64,000 nucleotides of DNA from Dicyema japonicum (taxonomy: Eukaryota > Animalia > Dicyemida), in NCBI GenBank assembly GCA_011109175.1, contig RDEW01000035.1, positions 62,001-126,000 on the forward strand. The letters run 5' to 3'. A program made the position numbers and the translations under genes. The notes beneath the pieces are model-generated. The model had not been told where the DNA came from and ran no database searches. It worked only from the letters and a program-made list of their open reading frames with translations. Each line of letters starts with the position of its first letter. Position 1 is the first letter of the stretch. Shown in pieces: positions 25,330 through 39,079 of this stretch.

Positions 25330-27060
25330 ACCCTGTATGGGTAGGCATGTCAAGGGGAGGAGAAACATGACAGGAGAGTCATTCGTGCAATTTTTTAACA
25401 TGTTTGACTACTTCATTTTATAATTCGGCATTCAACCACAATGCGAGGCATAAGACTACGTGGACTGGACTCAGAAAGGATGGACATGGATACTATGTCC
25501 GCATATACAACCAGATAAAATATGTATTATGCAAAATATCTCTTCGTGCGTTATTAACAGACTCCCGCAGCTATGGAGGCACCATCATTCAGTGATCATA
25601 AACTGCTGCACGCTTCAGAATGAAAAGATATTTCGGAATAGATGTAGCTAGAAAGAAGAGAGCTTATCTGGATCGTTTTATTGTGGAAAAATTATGCTTA
25701 TGTGAGAAAACGCGTGAAAATTATTGTATGACAATTAAGGAGAGTGTGAACATAAATATGGATGATCCCCCAGCGATGATTTGGAATGCCACTGTTGAGG
25801 GAATAAATAAGGCAAGTTTTGACGTTCTTGGGGAAAAAGGCCGGTAAAATTTAAAGGAGTCTTCGATTACGAAATTGGATTATTATCAATTAAACAAAAA
25901 AAATTGTGGCTGAGAATAGAATCGTGTATAAATAATGATACCTACAACAAGTTAAGAAAAAAAAAATCGTATTGTCAAGAAGATTAAAAAGAGGAAGAAG
26001 GAAATTTATTCATTACAGTCAAGGAAGAAATGTATTGGATAATAAAGAAAAAAAAGAGAAGAGTGAGGGAACTAGCCCGGCATACACTGGATAAATTGGC
26101 AAAGGACGCCGAACGTTACAAACATGGTGCAAGCATGTTTGCTGAGGTTAAACAATTATCCCGCAACACCAGACCGGAGAGAATCACAGTTCTTGATGAT
26201 ACAGGAAAAGTAATAATCAACGGTCGGGAATCAGCAAATAAAACTACCGCTTTCTACAAAAAAGACTAAATCTCAATGAACACTTGAAACCGTTCGAAGG
26301 AATTCCCAGAGACTTGAACCAAAGCATCACGCATTACGAAGTCGTTTCAGCCTTGAGTAAGCTCAAGAACAACAGAGCCCCTGGACCGGACAACGTGAAT
26401 GCAGAATTATTGAAATACGCGCCAGACAGGGTGGCTGAGTTAATTTGCACAGTCCTGAACAGGACGTTCAAATGTCACAGTCCATTTGATGCGGGGAATG
26501 GCATCTTGATCCCAATTCAGAAACTTGGAAAGGAAAGAGGCAATCTAAACAGTCTACGCCCGATTACACTAATGAATACGATAAGGAAAATACTCTCCTT
26601 TGTTGTGCTGGATCGTATTTCAGGCCTTGTAAATGAGTTCCTGAACCCAAGTCAAAGTAGATTCAGACCTGGAAGGTCGACGGCAGACGTTGTATGGACA
26701 CAGGTGGATGTGTGCAATGTGCCAGAAACACAAAGAAGAAATCTCAATCCTTGGAATCGACTTATCCCGTGTCTTCGACACTATCAACCGCAAAAAATAA
26801 TGCTTTTACTGGAGAGTATTTTAGACGAGAATGTATTACGTGTGATCAGATTTTTACTCTCCAACACATCGCTATAGTGTGCGTGGGAAATTAAAACTCA
26901 ACAAGATTTAAAACTGAGACCGGCGTATCACGCGGACATTGCTAATAATAAAACAAACTGCCAGAAAGAAAGGGGATCATCGAGAAGGGTTATGGCTGAG
27001 ACAAAAGATTGGAATGGCCATACTCCGAGGGAACTCGTTCACGATCCACACAACCGGCTT
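25330..27060 (+). mobile_element. Degenerate, internally deleted RTE LINE
   Basis: HNARHKTTWTG (APE); LKNNRAPGPDNVNAELLKY and LRPITLMN (RT). Confidence 0.8.
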
Positions 27061-27259
27061 CCTCAACTAACATTTGTTCTTTGTAAAATAATTGTCTCTA
27101 TATAACAAATTAGTTAAAAATTAGTTAAATTTTTGAATTAATTTTTTTTGCAACCCCAAAGAGACGGGTAAATTATCAATTTGGCCTGACGTTAAAAAGC
27201 TTGAGAAACCATAATTTATATACACTAGGATCCAAAGAGAAAAATAGAAAACGCTGAAT

Positions 27260-27650
27260 AAGATTAACAAAGGCAGGATCACTTGATCAAAGAAAAAGAA
27301 ATAAAAGTTCTCATCTAATTAAGTGATCCCAGACCGACAAAGGAGAGGACGAGTCCGGCGGGGTCGAGACTCTTGAACAGCTCTTCTCATTGGCCATGGC
27401 ATCGGCTCAAAATTTCTGCATGATTCAGATTTTTCGATAGTGTATGGAATAGAGGGCAGCTCGGTAAACTAGCCTCCTTTAAGAGTTTCCGTTGTAATTC
27501 GATTAAGAAATTTTCAATGGGCTGGATTTTATGTTCTGGTTCAATTAACCTTATTGCAGTCTTCTCGATTGCGGATAGTTTCAATGAGAAGATCGTGAAA
27601 TCTGCATTGCCCGTGAAGGACTTGCATACGGCATCATTGGTCAATAACGC
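27260..27650 (-). mobile_element. 3' fragment of a GGATCAC-tail LINE (ORF2 C-terminus)
   Basis: KLSAIEKTAIRLI...LPSCPLFHTL, followed by the stem-loop tail. Confidence 0.75.
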
Positions 27651-27879
27651 GGCAAAAGAGAAAACTAATTAATTTTTGCTTTTTGGAACGTCCTAATAAT
27701 AAAATAATAAAACAAAATTAAATAGCCATTGATATTTTTGATTTTGGATAGCCTCTTTAATCGAGGAATTCAACCATTTGGTCGCCCTAGCGAACACGTA
27801 TTTTGAAAATAAAATCAATCAATTGTAAATAACTTTTATTACGAAATAAAATCAATAATGTAATTAAATTAACAAAGCC

Positions 27880-29212
27880 AATTATCCAAAGTGGAACCCG
27901 CCGACATTATCGACGTTGCGTTACGATTGCAACAGAGATCAACTGGAGAAACCAAAAGACGTTCCCTCTTCTTACCGCCCCGTCTCAATAACTTGTGTTT
28001 TATCAAAAGTGCTGGAAAAGCTTATATTAATGTGCATCTCTCCTGTTCTACATCTATTAGAGTTTCTACATGGTTTCAGGGCAGACCGTTCTACAACGAC
28101 TCATTTGGGTTCTATCTCCCAGTTTATTACTGACGGCTTCAACACGAGAACACACCTACGGACGGCCTTTACGGACGGCCTTTGTATCCTTCGACATACA
28201 GAAGGCCTTTGATTCTGTTCCGAGGAAACTCCTAACGCATAAGATTTTTAATTTGAACTTACATCCGAACATCAAGCTATGGCTGGAAAATTTCTTAACT
28301 GGACGACGCGGAAGGGTCGGGATTGACAAAACCACTTCAAAATCAAGGCTACTCCCCAATGGGGCCCCGCAAGGCTCCCCTTTATCTCCTCTCCTTTTCA
28401 ACTTATTTCTACATGACCTATTTACTACCAATGACCAGGACACTATGTTTTTATCCTATTCGGACGACCTAATTATCGCTGCAGGAGATAAATCTCCTTC
28501 CGTGGCTGTAGCAACTGTTCAGACACACCTAAACCGAGTATGTGACTGGCTATCTGCAAATATGTTATGTGTATCAGCATCTAAATCACAGTTCACTATT
28601 TTCACTACTGATAGAAGATTTAAGGATGGACTCGAACTGTTTTTTGGAGATACTTCTATCCCTTCTACGCAAACCCAGAAGATCTTTGGGGTAGTTTTCG
28701 ACTCTCTGATGACGTTCTCGAGTAACATAGAGGGTCTTCGGAAATGGAACATTTTAAAAGCGATCATAAAGAAGAACCTTTTTCCCCTGCTGCTTGCGTC
28801 AACAAGGTCTACCAACATGCCATCGTTTCTACCATTGAATATGCCTTCTTTTTTCGAGAGTGGATCGTTTAAACTCTCTTAGGCGGAAAATTATGCACCA
28901 AACGGACATCCCTATTGGCGGCCTCGTTTCTGATGAGGCGATGTTGAAGAATGGCCAGGGTTTCTTACGTTTCTGCAAGGAACTGAAAAACCCATTCAAG
29001 GAAAAGGTGGTCCATGCAGAGGAATTTCGGTCGGTTATAAAAAAGTTCACGTCGATTGAATTCCTTTGCAGAAGGAAGAGAAGACGCTTCCGGAATGCGG
29101 TTGGGTCATCAAAAGACCAGACAAAGAGAGTTTGGATGTTGTTGGAGGCTGGGATCACCTAATTAGTTAGTTTTGACCTATCTTTCTTGGTGGTCTTGGA
29201 GTTAAATAAATA
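27880..29212 (+). mobile_element. 5'-truncated L2/jockey-like LINE
   Basis: YRPVSIT, DIQKAFD, GAPQGSPLSPLLF, YSDD; ORF ends AGIT* in the stem-loop tail; (TAAA)n. Confidence 0.85.
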
Positions 29213-29214
29213 AA

Positions 29215-29545
29215 GCCACCGGGTCTCACGTGCATCGTGGTTTTTTAGTGTAGCTAGACATCCAAGTTTCTTTAGGAAGCGAAGCGATTTTCAACTTATT
29301 TCTCCGTTGTCTCGACCACAATGGGATAGAAAGTGAACCGATCGTGCAATGCTTCATATTTTTCTCCTTTGCTTTCATTGTTTTTTTTCCGCGGAATTCA
29401 GTGTGTCTACCGCGCTCCCGACATTGTCGGATGGGCAAAGAGGGTCGACACAAGTAACATCCCAGACCAAAGGTTTCCCCTCTTCGAATGGAAAAATTGT
29501 GATCCCGTCGAGACGTTTTCCGTCTCCTCTGTCCAGGCCAACAGA
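29215..29545 (-). mobile_element. CRE-clade LINE restriction-like endonuclease fragment
   Basis: GLDRGDGKRLDGITIFPFEEGKPLVWDVTCVD...FYPIVVET. Confidence 0.8.
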
Positions 29546-29574
29546 ATTTTAATGAATAAATTAAAATTTGTTAA

Positions 29575-31500
29575 ATTTAGGTTAGTTAGTTAGTTCGTTA
29601 GTTAAGTAACCCCGACCTCACTAACTTTTAGGAGCCCAGCAGCTAATAAATAGGACGCAACATGCAGATCGCTCCCTTAGATCAATCAGTCCAGGCATTG
29701 TAGACGAACGCTGTGCTAATTAATGACATTTAAATAGGTGATTTGTTGTCAAATCGTAGAGGTTGAAAAAGAGACAGAGGACATCATACGTTGGTAGAGA
29801 GGGGTGGTGCCCACGTCGTAGACGAGCCAGGTTTATTCGGACGTCCCTCAGAAGATAGGATTCTGATTGGTCTATTAGAGGAAGGGGCCGGTGTAGTATT
29901 TTATTATCATCGAGTCTTCGTAGAAACAAATTCGTGTATCTGCTTCATTAGGGCTGAAAGGGATGGATGATAGAATTCGAGACAGGTTGTCATAATAATT
30001 TGAATCATACAACTCAACATTAATGGAATTAAACCAAAACACGCCGAGCTGATTCACCTCGTTCTTGAGTCTTGACTTTCTACCTACTTTTCATTCCCAA
30101 AATTTAAAAGCGTGAAATCTGAGTACAATGGACTTGCATGCGTCATCGTGGGTCGTATAAATTGTTCATAAACTGTGGCAAGACTCCCAGTATGTTTTCA
30201 AGAACACTTTGTTCTCAACGTGTCGGATAAAAGAGACTCCCTGATCATAGGTGACTCCTAGAATCTTTGGTGTTTTGTTAATAGGAATAGCCTCGTTCTT
30301 TATAAGGATTTTTTGTTTCGACACTGAGCTATCTTTTGTAAGTGGTAAATAGCGTAACTGAGGACATTGTTGCTAATGTGTCGAACCTCCGTTTTGAAAG
30401 CCATAGTTCCAGCTTGTCAAACATTTTTTGAGCGACAGAGTCGCTGATTGAATGCTTCTGTCCTTGGAAGCAAGGATGATATCGTTGACGTAGGAGAGGA
30501 TTAGACAGTTCTCATTAAAGGTTTGTGACATGTTGTTTATGTAGAGGTTGAAGAGTTGGGGTGGGGAGCCTTGAAGGACTCCATTTGGAAGGTATCGAGA
30601 TTTTAATTTGATGTTGTTGTTGAGTACTTGTCTATCAATTTTCAAAAACGGAAAAAAAGTCAAGCGGAAAAAAAGTCAAGTATTGAAAAAATTTTTAAAA
30701 ATTAAAAGATGCTAGTAGTATCACAAAAATGCGATATAAACTAAAAAAAGACGACTTGACTTTTTTTCCGCACTCCAGCTGACAGATGGTTCAATGAATT
30801 GTTTGTACAACAATTTCAAAGCTGAAAAAGGGGTTTTAATGACACCGAAAATAGTTTTGATCATCCCTAACTTTCTTGAGCAGCTTCCAGAGACAACGTC
30901 GACGTGAGATGAAAAGGACATGTGTGTGTCAAAGGTGATCCCCAAGATTTTCAGTTTCTTCGTGAAAGGTATTTTTGTCTGATTGATAAATATATTCACT
31001 GTTATTTGTCCAAGTCGTTTGTCTGATGTAATAAAGACGAAGAAGATTTTTCAGTAGTATATCAAGCCGGTTATAATTTAGCCAAATTTGAATCTTGTGA
31101 ATCTATTCTTGAAGTCTTTCTTATGCCTTTGGGATATCTTGATCGCGGGATCCGATTAATAAGTCATCAGCATATGATAGGATGAATCGTCTTTATTATC
31201 GGGTTGTGGTAAATCGGACATGTATAAGTTAAATAAGTTGGGTGATAAAGGGGAACCTTGTGGGACACCATTGGGTAGTAATCTCAAATTGAATTGGTCC
31301 CATCTATGTATACCCGGGCCCTTCTTCCATTTATGAAGTTAGCAAGCCAAAATTTTATATTGAGGTTGACGGGAGAACAAACAATTTCCGGGTTAGAATT
31401 TCCTTGAGACAGAGTCGAAGGCCTTTTGTAAATCGATCGAGCAAACAACCGTTTTGAGTGACGAGGATTTGTGTTAAAGCCTTCATATAATAAAGCCTTT
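29575..31500 (-). mobile_element. Degenerate L2/jockey-like LINE (two RT pieces)
   Basis: DLQKAFDS, GVPQGSPLSP, LKILGITFD and LARLRRGHHP; (CTAA)n-like tail at 29575-29605. Confidence 0.7.
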
Positions 31501-31700
31501 TCACGAGCTTTTTCTTGTGTGAGTGTTCTTTCTAGACAATCCAGTTCCGCAGTGAGTATCCACTGATGACGGCGTCACTCGTCAAACCCTTTCTGCATCG
31601 TAGATGCGTGGAACCTTCCACCAGGTGAACAGAAGCGAGATTCGAACTCGTAGCCTAAGCCACTTAAGCCCGACACCTAACCACCCGGCTTCATAGATTG
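31500..31700 (-). mobile_element. tRNA-derived SINE-like sequence or tRNA pseudogene
   Basis: Minus strand AGCCGGGTGGTTAGG (A box, D arm) and CGAGTTCGAATCTCG (B box, T arm); acceptor stem not paired. Confidence 0.55.
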
Positions 31701-31790
31701 GGATTATTTTAAATTTAAGTTAAGACAAAATACTAATCAACAAATTACAATTTGAGTTTTTAAAATAATAATAATATAAATAATATATAT

Positions 31791-34700
31791 AACATACACC
31801 CCACTTTATTTAACAAACAATAAAAAAGTTAATATATTTAATCAACAACCTTCCTCGCCTGCCTGTTCGCCAGCCTTTTCAGGCAGGTTCGATTCTGGTT
31901 GCTGAAACAACTCCGAGAGCGCTTTGTCTAATTGAACCCTCTGCCCATATGGCATCTCAGGGCTCTGCCTCCTATACCCCAGTGTCAAGCTCTCTAGGGT
32001 CCGATTTAACACAGTGGACTGTAGATAGGCCTGGAGCTTCCTATCTACCCCTAACTGCTTCAGATAACCCTTGTGGTACTTTGATGCAATTTTTCCCACA
32101 TTATAGGAATAATGAGGACTTTGCAACTAAGCATCTGCCCCATCTCGTTTGCAAGAAAATCATACTTCCTTTTTTTCTCCACCTCCACAGTCTGCAAACG
32201 GTCTTGAGACGTGATGCCAATTTCTAAGATAAGGACTTGGCCAGACTCCTTATCGTGTACCACAATGTCCGGTTTATAGTGCTTGACTAGCACCGAGGTA
32301 CGGATAACACTGTCTACCTTAATTTGGACCCTGGTGTTCTCTACTACAGATTGCACCTTATGAGTCCGCAACTTTCTGGTGTGGCGAATACCATACTTAT
32401 TGCATAGTAGAAGATGAAGACTCCTTACTACCTCGTTGCCTCCACACATAGTCGTGGCAGAGCATGGATCCACATCGAGTGGCTAAATGATCAACCGACA
32501 TGCTCCTTGACTTACAGTGGGGACATGTATTTGTTGATCGACCCCAAAAAATATTGCGGTCTTGCATATACGTGTACAACGCCTCCGATCGAGGTGAGTT
32601 GTCACCGTATTTTAGCCATATTGTCGACGACTTAAGGTCGACATGTGGGTTGTCCAATGCTCTGAAGAGGACCTTATGAAGGCTTTTTAAGTTGATCTTT
32701 TCCATCAAATTATTATATTGTAATTCGATCAACGCCCTCACATTTACTAGCCCACCATCATCAACACCATACTTAGCAGACAAAAAAGGTCTGATAGTGC
32801 CTAGGTGGGTTGCCCGTGTTTTCTCGGTCGTTATTATGGCGTGCTTCCTAGCAGACACACTTGACCCAGCTATCAGGGTGTCGTGCATTCGCATTAGGAT
32901 ACGCTCACTTAGTTGGACTACTCCACACAGTCCACGGCCGAATTTATCACGGGGTAAATATAGTCTCTCCTTATTGGCTGCCAGCACATGGACATGGTTC
33001 TCTCTGAGTACTCCACGGATCATAACATCCATCTCATCATACTCTTTGGGCTCAAACTCCACAACACCTATGTAGTAGTTTAGCAGCGAGACAGCATACT
33101 CATTTAATGCTAGGAACAAATTCCTTGCATTTAGAGACGTCTTACACAATAACGCTGCTCTTTTACGGATGCCTTCAGTAATTTGTCGCTTTGTCTCAGG
33201 CATTATAAGGGACTTTGGAGATTCGGTAACACCCAGATACTTATATCCTTCGTGTTCCTCTAGGACTCTTACTAACTCGCTACATACTTGCGTGTTAGTC
33301 GCAGACTTTGAATAATTCAAATCTAGCCCTATACTCTCAAAGAATTCCCTGGCACAGACCCCCATGGAGTAGAGCTCCTCGGCTGTTCGAGCATACATCT
33401 TCAAGTCATCGATAAAAAGAAGGTGATTTGTACTGAAACAGACCCCTTCACAATGAACTGGTATTTGCTCAAACCGGTCATTGAGGCGGCGACTCAATGG
33501 CTCCAAACAGAGAACAAAGAGTAGCGGAGACATGCTATCCCCTGAAGGATCCCCCTCTTGAGTTTTACCTCGCCTATCCGGTGCCTATTATAGTTCAGAT
33601 GAATACTCCACCTATTCATCACAGCCACTACAAAGCTGATGAACCACACAGGCATACACAGACTGTGTAGGCACTCGACAAGGTAAGAATGATCAACTGA
33701 ATCGTAAGCCTTCTTCACATCCACCCACATAGACAAAAGTGAGTTTCCGTGAGACACAGAAAGGCATTTGTTGATCAAAGCCTGCTCTTTTGCCCCCTGA
33801 CAATTTCGCAAGTTCCCAACTGATTCTCGGAGAGAATCCCATTTGCGTCTACAAAGCTCCTGACCTCATTAGCCACCAATTTGGTCATCAGCTTATACAG
33901 GGTTGGCATGCAGGTTATCGGTCGATAATCTGCAGCAGACTGGGGGTTGTCCAGCTTTGGGATCAAATAAGTTGTCCCTGTGCATGCCCAATCAGGAATC
34001 GTTTCCGGGTTAGTGATGCTTTTCTGTAATACACGACACATAGACTCGTGTAATGAAGTGCATCTTTTGATAAAGAAATTATAAACTTTATCGACCCCGG
34101 TCGTCTTCCAATCAGGGAGATGTCTCACTACCGCCTCAAATTTCTTGCGAAAATCGAAAATTCCGCAAGATTCCGCCAAGAAAGGAGCGGCGCTGTACGG
34201 GACATTCCACGCATTTCCTCTGCGTGGTTTAGCCTCCCACATACTACCCCATGTGGAAAGCATTTGTCGCGTCCTGCTGGGAACATACACTATGGCCATT
34301 TTCGTGTAGGCGACGGTAAAACAATCTGCGATTAAACTCAAACAGAGTATTTTCTCTCCTTCTCTTACACCGACTTTCATGTGTATAGAGTTTCCTCTTA
34401 TACACCATTATTGCCTTTTCTAACTCCACCTTTGCCCTCCTCAACTCTTTGAGGTCCCATTTGGGAACACGGAGTTTACTAATTAGCCCCTTTACTATAG
34501 GCGGTGCTTTTCCTCTAACCCCTCTCGCCACACTACTTATGTGCCCCTCCAGTGCTTCCAGCTCAGTCTATCTCCAAGCAATCTTGGCACAGATCTGCTC
34601 CCTCCATTTACTGGGTGGTCTGGGCTTGTCCGTCAATTCCTCATAGGTGATCTGTGCTGCATACAGCACTAGGGAGATGTCACCCAGTGACCCTACTGGC

Positions 34701-35249
34701 TTAGCCTCCACCGCATAAGCCACAGCCTTATTGATACAGGTTAACACTACACCGTTAACCTTACAATGAGGAATCTTGCGGGTAAATCTACGGTCCTCAA
34801 GTGGGACATCTGCCGCTGCAGCGAGATTCCGCGCAAAGACCTCATAAACATGCTTGAGCTGCAACGTATCACAGCTCTGGTGCTCGTGCTCTCTTTGACA
34901 GTTGTGGTCACCTGGTCCCCGCCCCTTTAGACCAGTACCCTCTTTGCCTACAGCCATCTTCTTGAGTTCACTCACAGATATAGCAGTACTGAATCTGCCA
35001 CTGCAGAGCTCCGCCAAGTATGGCCATCCATTCCAGGGCATTCGAGATAGCCTGCTACGTACCTGCAGGACTACCTGCCTCGCCCATTCTTTTGGGTCAT
35101 CTGCCACAACGCTCTCGGATATGGCAAGAATTACATTCATACCATCAGGTAACGCAAGTGACCCTTCTCCTTTTTTCCTTTCAACATTTTTGCCAACTCG
35201 AGAGAGTTTTAACGCCACCGAATCGAACGCACGTTGCATGTTTTTATAT
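31791..35249 (-). mobile_element. R4/Dong-clade RLE-type non-LTR retrotransposon, near full length, frameshifted
   Basis: YAAQITYEE, YRPITCMPTLYK, DVKKAYDSVDH, LLFIDDLK, CPHC..HL..C and KPDIVVHD..LEIGI..EKKRKY. Imperfect AT-rich TSD ATAATATATAT (31780-90, 35260-70). Confidence 0.9.
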
Positions 35250-35389
35250 ATAATAATATATAATATATATTTTTTAAATATTCAAATAAAATTTTCGCTT
35301 ACTCGTGTACGTACCTGTTCTTGTTGTTTTTACATTTTTTTTTTATTCTAATTATTTGAAAATAATCATGTTCATTAAAGTTATTTTAG

Positions 35390-36556
35390 ATGGAGTTAAA
35401 TAACTTTCCTTCTATTAATCAAGATTTACTTTCTGATTCTATTAAAGAGGTATATTGACATTATCTATTTGTAGGTAATGAACCTCACAGGATGCTCAGA
35501 TACAATTGCTGTTACTGCCCTTAATGACTGCCGCAATATTGTAGCAAAAGCAGTCGCCTGTATAAAAACAGGCAAAATAAATGTACTAATTTGTTTTATT
35601 TGAAGGATGATTGGGAGGAATGTGGAAAGAAAAAGAAAACTACACGTGAAATCAAACCTGAAATAGTTCCAAAAAGTTTATTTATATTTTATTTTTGCAG
35701 AGAATCCTGTATCGAAGGTTGTTCACTACAGTGCAATGCCAGTAAATAGACGGGAAAAAATTCGACCAAAAATTCCACGAAATGATAATGCTATGAAGGG
35801 AAAAAGCAATGATATTGACGAAAAAGTTTAGTTACTGATTTATAACAAGTTTAATGGGCTAGTATTTACCCCATCAAATTATAATGAAGGAAGTTTTACT
35901 GTTCCAGACTTATATCGTGTTAAAAAACCAGAAAAGTTGCATTTATATTTCATCTTTTAGATCTGAAGATCTTTCATTAGATGCTTTGTCTGATTTATCT
36001 GACTTTGAATTAGAGATTGAAACATCGATCTTGCAATTTAATGAACCTTCATTACAAAAATTTAAGGTACATTCAATCAGATTTCTAATTTAAAGGTTTC
36101 AAATTTAAGAAAGGAATCTGGTAAATGTGTTGAATTTGTTAATAAGGTTTGCTAACTGTTTAATTGTAGGATATGTTAAGTACCAAACCTTGTATTATTT
36201 TCGACAATAATGCTCGAAAAGATAATTCCAAGTCAAAGTATTGTTTCATTTAAAAATTCAGCAGTGATGTTTCTCCAAAAGAGGGATCTTTTCCTGTCAA
36301 AAATGTAATCAATTTTACTTACTTAAAGGAATCGTCTAATAACGTCTTATTTAAAGAAAATGGTTCAAGAAGTTTTGTTCATTTTTTATCTTTAGGTGGA
36401 TCTTTTTTTTCAATATTGTGGTCTCCTGAATTTTGCGCTGATGTAACATTTGGTAAAAAATGTAATTTTAAAGAAATTTCGAGTTCTAATAAGGTGTTAA
36501 TTTATTTTAGTTTATAGGTTTTATGTTCTAACTCTTTGTTCACTTCAAAGAAGTGA
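35390..36556 (+). CDS. UBAP2L: Short UBAP2/UBAP2L (Lingerer)-like protein with an N-terminal UBA-like domain
   Basis: IKE|VMNLTGCSDTIAVTALNDCRNIVAKAV..|DDWEECGKKKK resembles UBAP2L VKQLIDITG..ALHDCNGDVNRAI..SWEMVGKKK; LQFNEPS resembles LQFGSEP; introns of 25 and 23 nt. Confidence 0.6.
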
Positions 36557-36789
36557 GATCTTATTACTTTCAATTTAATAGTCTTGTTATTATCATTGAT
36601 TTAATTTTTTATTTTTACTAGTAGCTCAGTTCATTACATCTTTATTTGGTCACTCTTATGGGGTTTTATATTATTCACGTGCACAGCACATACTGGGGTT
36701 AACACATAATCTCACTTAATGGATTTTTTGCGCACAGCTAATTGTTCAGTTTTTGATTTGACTGGGATGCATTTTAGACCTGCGAATGT

Positions 36790-37078
36790 TCACTTAAGAT
36801 GTCGTCTTTTTGCTTTATAGACGTCGCTAAGCCTCTCTCTCAAAGTGGGAAACAATACTTCGAATCGATGGGCTGAATTTTTCAAAGCTTTGATTTTTTT
36901 ATCAGAATGAGAACAATTCGACCTATTTGTCCATTCTAACTAGACAATTGAATCATATTACGGCATGGACGAACTTTCCACTGCGGACCCATGCGCAACT
37001 TCCAATATTTCTTGGTAAATACCTTCAATGTGTTAAAAAAGACTTAAAATTGGGAATGAAAGATACTATGAGCTGCAT
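36790..37078 (-). CDS. Possible small two-intron gene (~80 aa), unidentified
   Basis: Removing GT-AG introns of 21 and 22 nt gives MQLIVSFIPNFKYLPRNIGSCAWVRSGKFVHALEWT...KRRHLK*. A plus-strand reading cannot be excluded. Confidence 0.3.
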
Positions 37079-37202
37079 TGAATTTCATAATTTAACTATG
37101 TCATATTTGCTATGTTAATTAGAGTTAGATGATTGATAGAAAAGTACTAAAACATAATTAACTTAGTAAATTATATTAAAGTTAATTAATAAAAGATGTA
37201 GA

Positions 37203-38050
37203 TTATAGGAAGCTATATTCGCATCCCTCAAGAATACCACATTCATCCTTGATCAAAATTATCATTAAAAATACAGAACATGTCTTTGAAATATCTGTCT
37301 GTATGGATGGTTGCCCTTGGACCTGATGATCAGCGGCTATAATATCTTTTTAAAAAAACCGTTATCAGTCCCTAAAACAAGTGAATATATACCACGGAGT
37401 CCGAACATATTAATAAAATACCATGAGCCAGAACTCACCCTAAAAGTTTACAAACAATAAATAACCACGATGGGTCTAATGATGGAAGGACAATACCTTG
37501 TTGAAGCATTTCTTTATATTTGGTAGTCAAGGGAAATGGTACTTTAGCTAAAAATAAATATTGAAAAAACTTGTAAGAAAGCCAGCAAAGCCCAGTTGAT
37601 GAGACCACCGATTAAAACCATTGGAATCATATTCATCATAACTCCTTTAGACATTTCCATCATTGTATTTGGATCTAATTGTTCAATGAAGTCTACCATT
37701 AAAAACATTCGATTTCTTTGATTGTGGTCGCTCTGATTTAAAGTAACCAGTTTTAGGATAAATATAGAATTCTTTCCTCATTTGAAATCCCTAGAAAATA
37801 AAATAAAAATTACTTTTCTAGTAATAAATTGACCATTCTCTCTCAAAAGACGAGATCGAGTGACATATTGACTAAAATTTTTGATTATAATTAAATACTT
37901 CTGAGAAATTGTCGAAATGTCCTTAGACTTATCATCCGAAGAAAGTAAAATCGTTGCATAATGTCGTATTAAACCAATGCAGAATGTAATAATAACAATT
38001 GGAATAAATATCCAAGTACGGATATCGGAGCATAATGTTAATTCAGCCAT
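37203..38050 (-). CDS. EMC3: ER membrane protein complex subunit 3
   Basis: [32 protein letters not shown] and [19 protein letters not shown]. Confidence 0.93.
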
Positions 38051-39079
38051 ATCTTTCGATTGAAAATGTACACGTATTATAACAAAGATGCAATGCTTTA
38101 TTATTTTTTAATTTAAATTTTGTTTTTTTAATTATTAAATATAAGATAAAACCTCAATCACCCAGTTTTGACTTCACAGTCATTTGGTATGTTTACCTGG
38201 AGATTATTTCGCTCCGTGGCGATGAGTTCTGGCTTCGACCTCAACATTATCTCTAGATCATTGTGATTAAATGATGGTTCTACTAGAACGCGTCGAGATC
38301 ATGGGATTAGTTAGTTTGGTCTTTGGAATAATTTTATTTCAAAACAACACACGTAAAACTATGATAGTTATAGTTTTACCCGCGCGACGTTTGAAACAAT
38401 CAAATTTAGGTTAACCTTTCCCATTCGTGTGCAACCACTCCCTCAAGTCGTCAAAATATTCTACAAATTTAATTTCTTCTTTTGACGTACTTCAGATCAG
38501 CATCAATATTCACAGAAAGCGTAACTCGTGGGCGTTTACAAAAAACTTAGATCAGTCTAAAAGAGGATCTTCTTCTGATATCCACTACTTCCATTTGGAA
38601 ACATTCATTTCTAAGACCATTTCTTATGATCAAATATGATATTTCATTTTGAAATATTTCATTAGAAAGTCTCGAACAAAACATATCACATTGTTGATTC
38701 ACACTTTCTCTTATGAAATCAAATATTTCGTCAAATAACATTAATGTGGAAATTTCCAACTTCAGAATTTGCCTAGAGGAACTAAATTCTAAATAGAGAA
38801 AATTACGTCAATCCCGAGGGGTACAGGACAACCAACACCAAAAATTCAGAGAAAGTATGTCTTGTTGATGTTGAATGGGAGATGACTAATAGTATGTGAG
38901 ATAACGGATACCCTTGATTTATTATTATATTTATCCTAAAACTATTCTATATTTATCCTAAAACTGGTTATTCTGCAATTTATTATAATTTGTGAGCCAC
39001 GCAGTGAGGGCGGCAACTACCTGACTTCTATTGTTTAATAAAGAGATTCCAAAAAAAAAAAATTTGTGACATGCGCCGA

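Noticed and set aside
31563-31570. CTGATGA hammerhead core
   Set aside because: No GAAA/GTC partner with flanking stems could be paired; it lies on the strand opposite the tRNA-like head.
38400-38800. Possible LTR-retrotransposon gag remnant
   Set aside because: No diagnostic motif, LTR or PBS; too degenerate to support a call.
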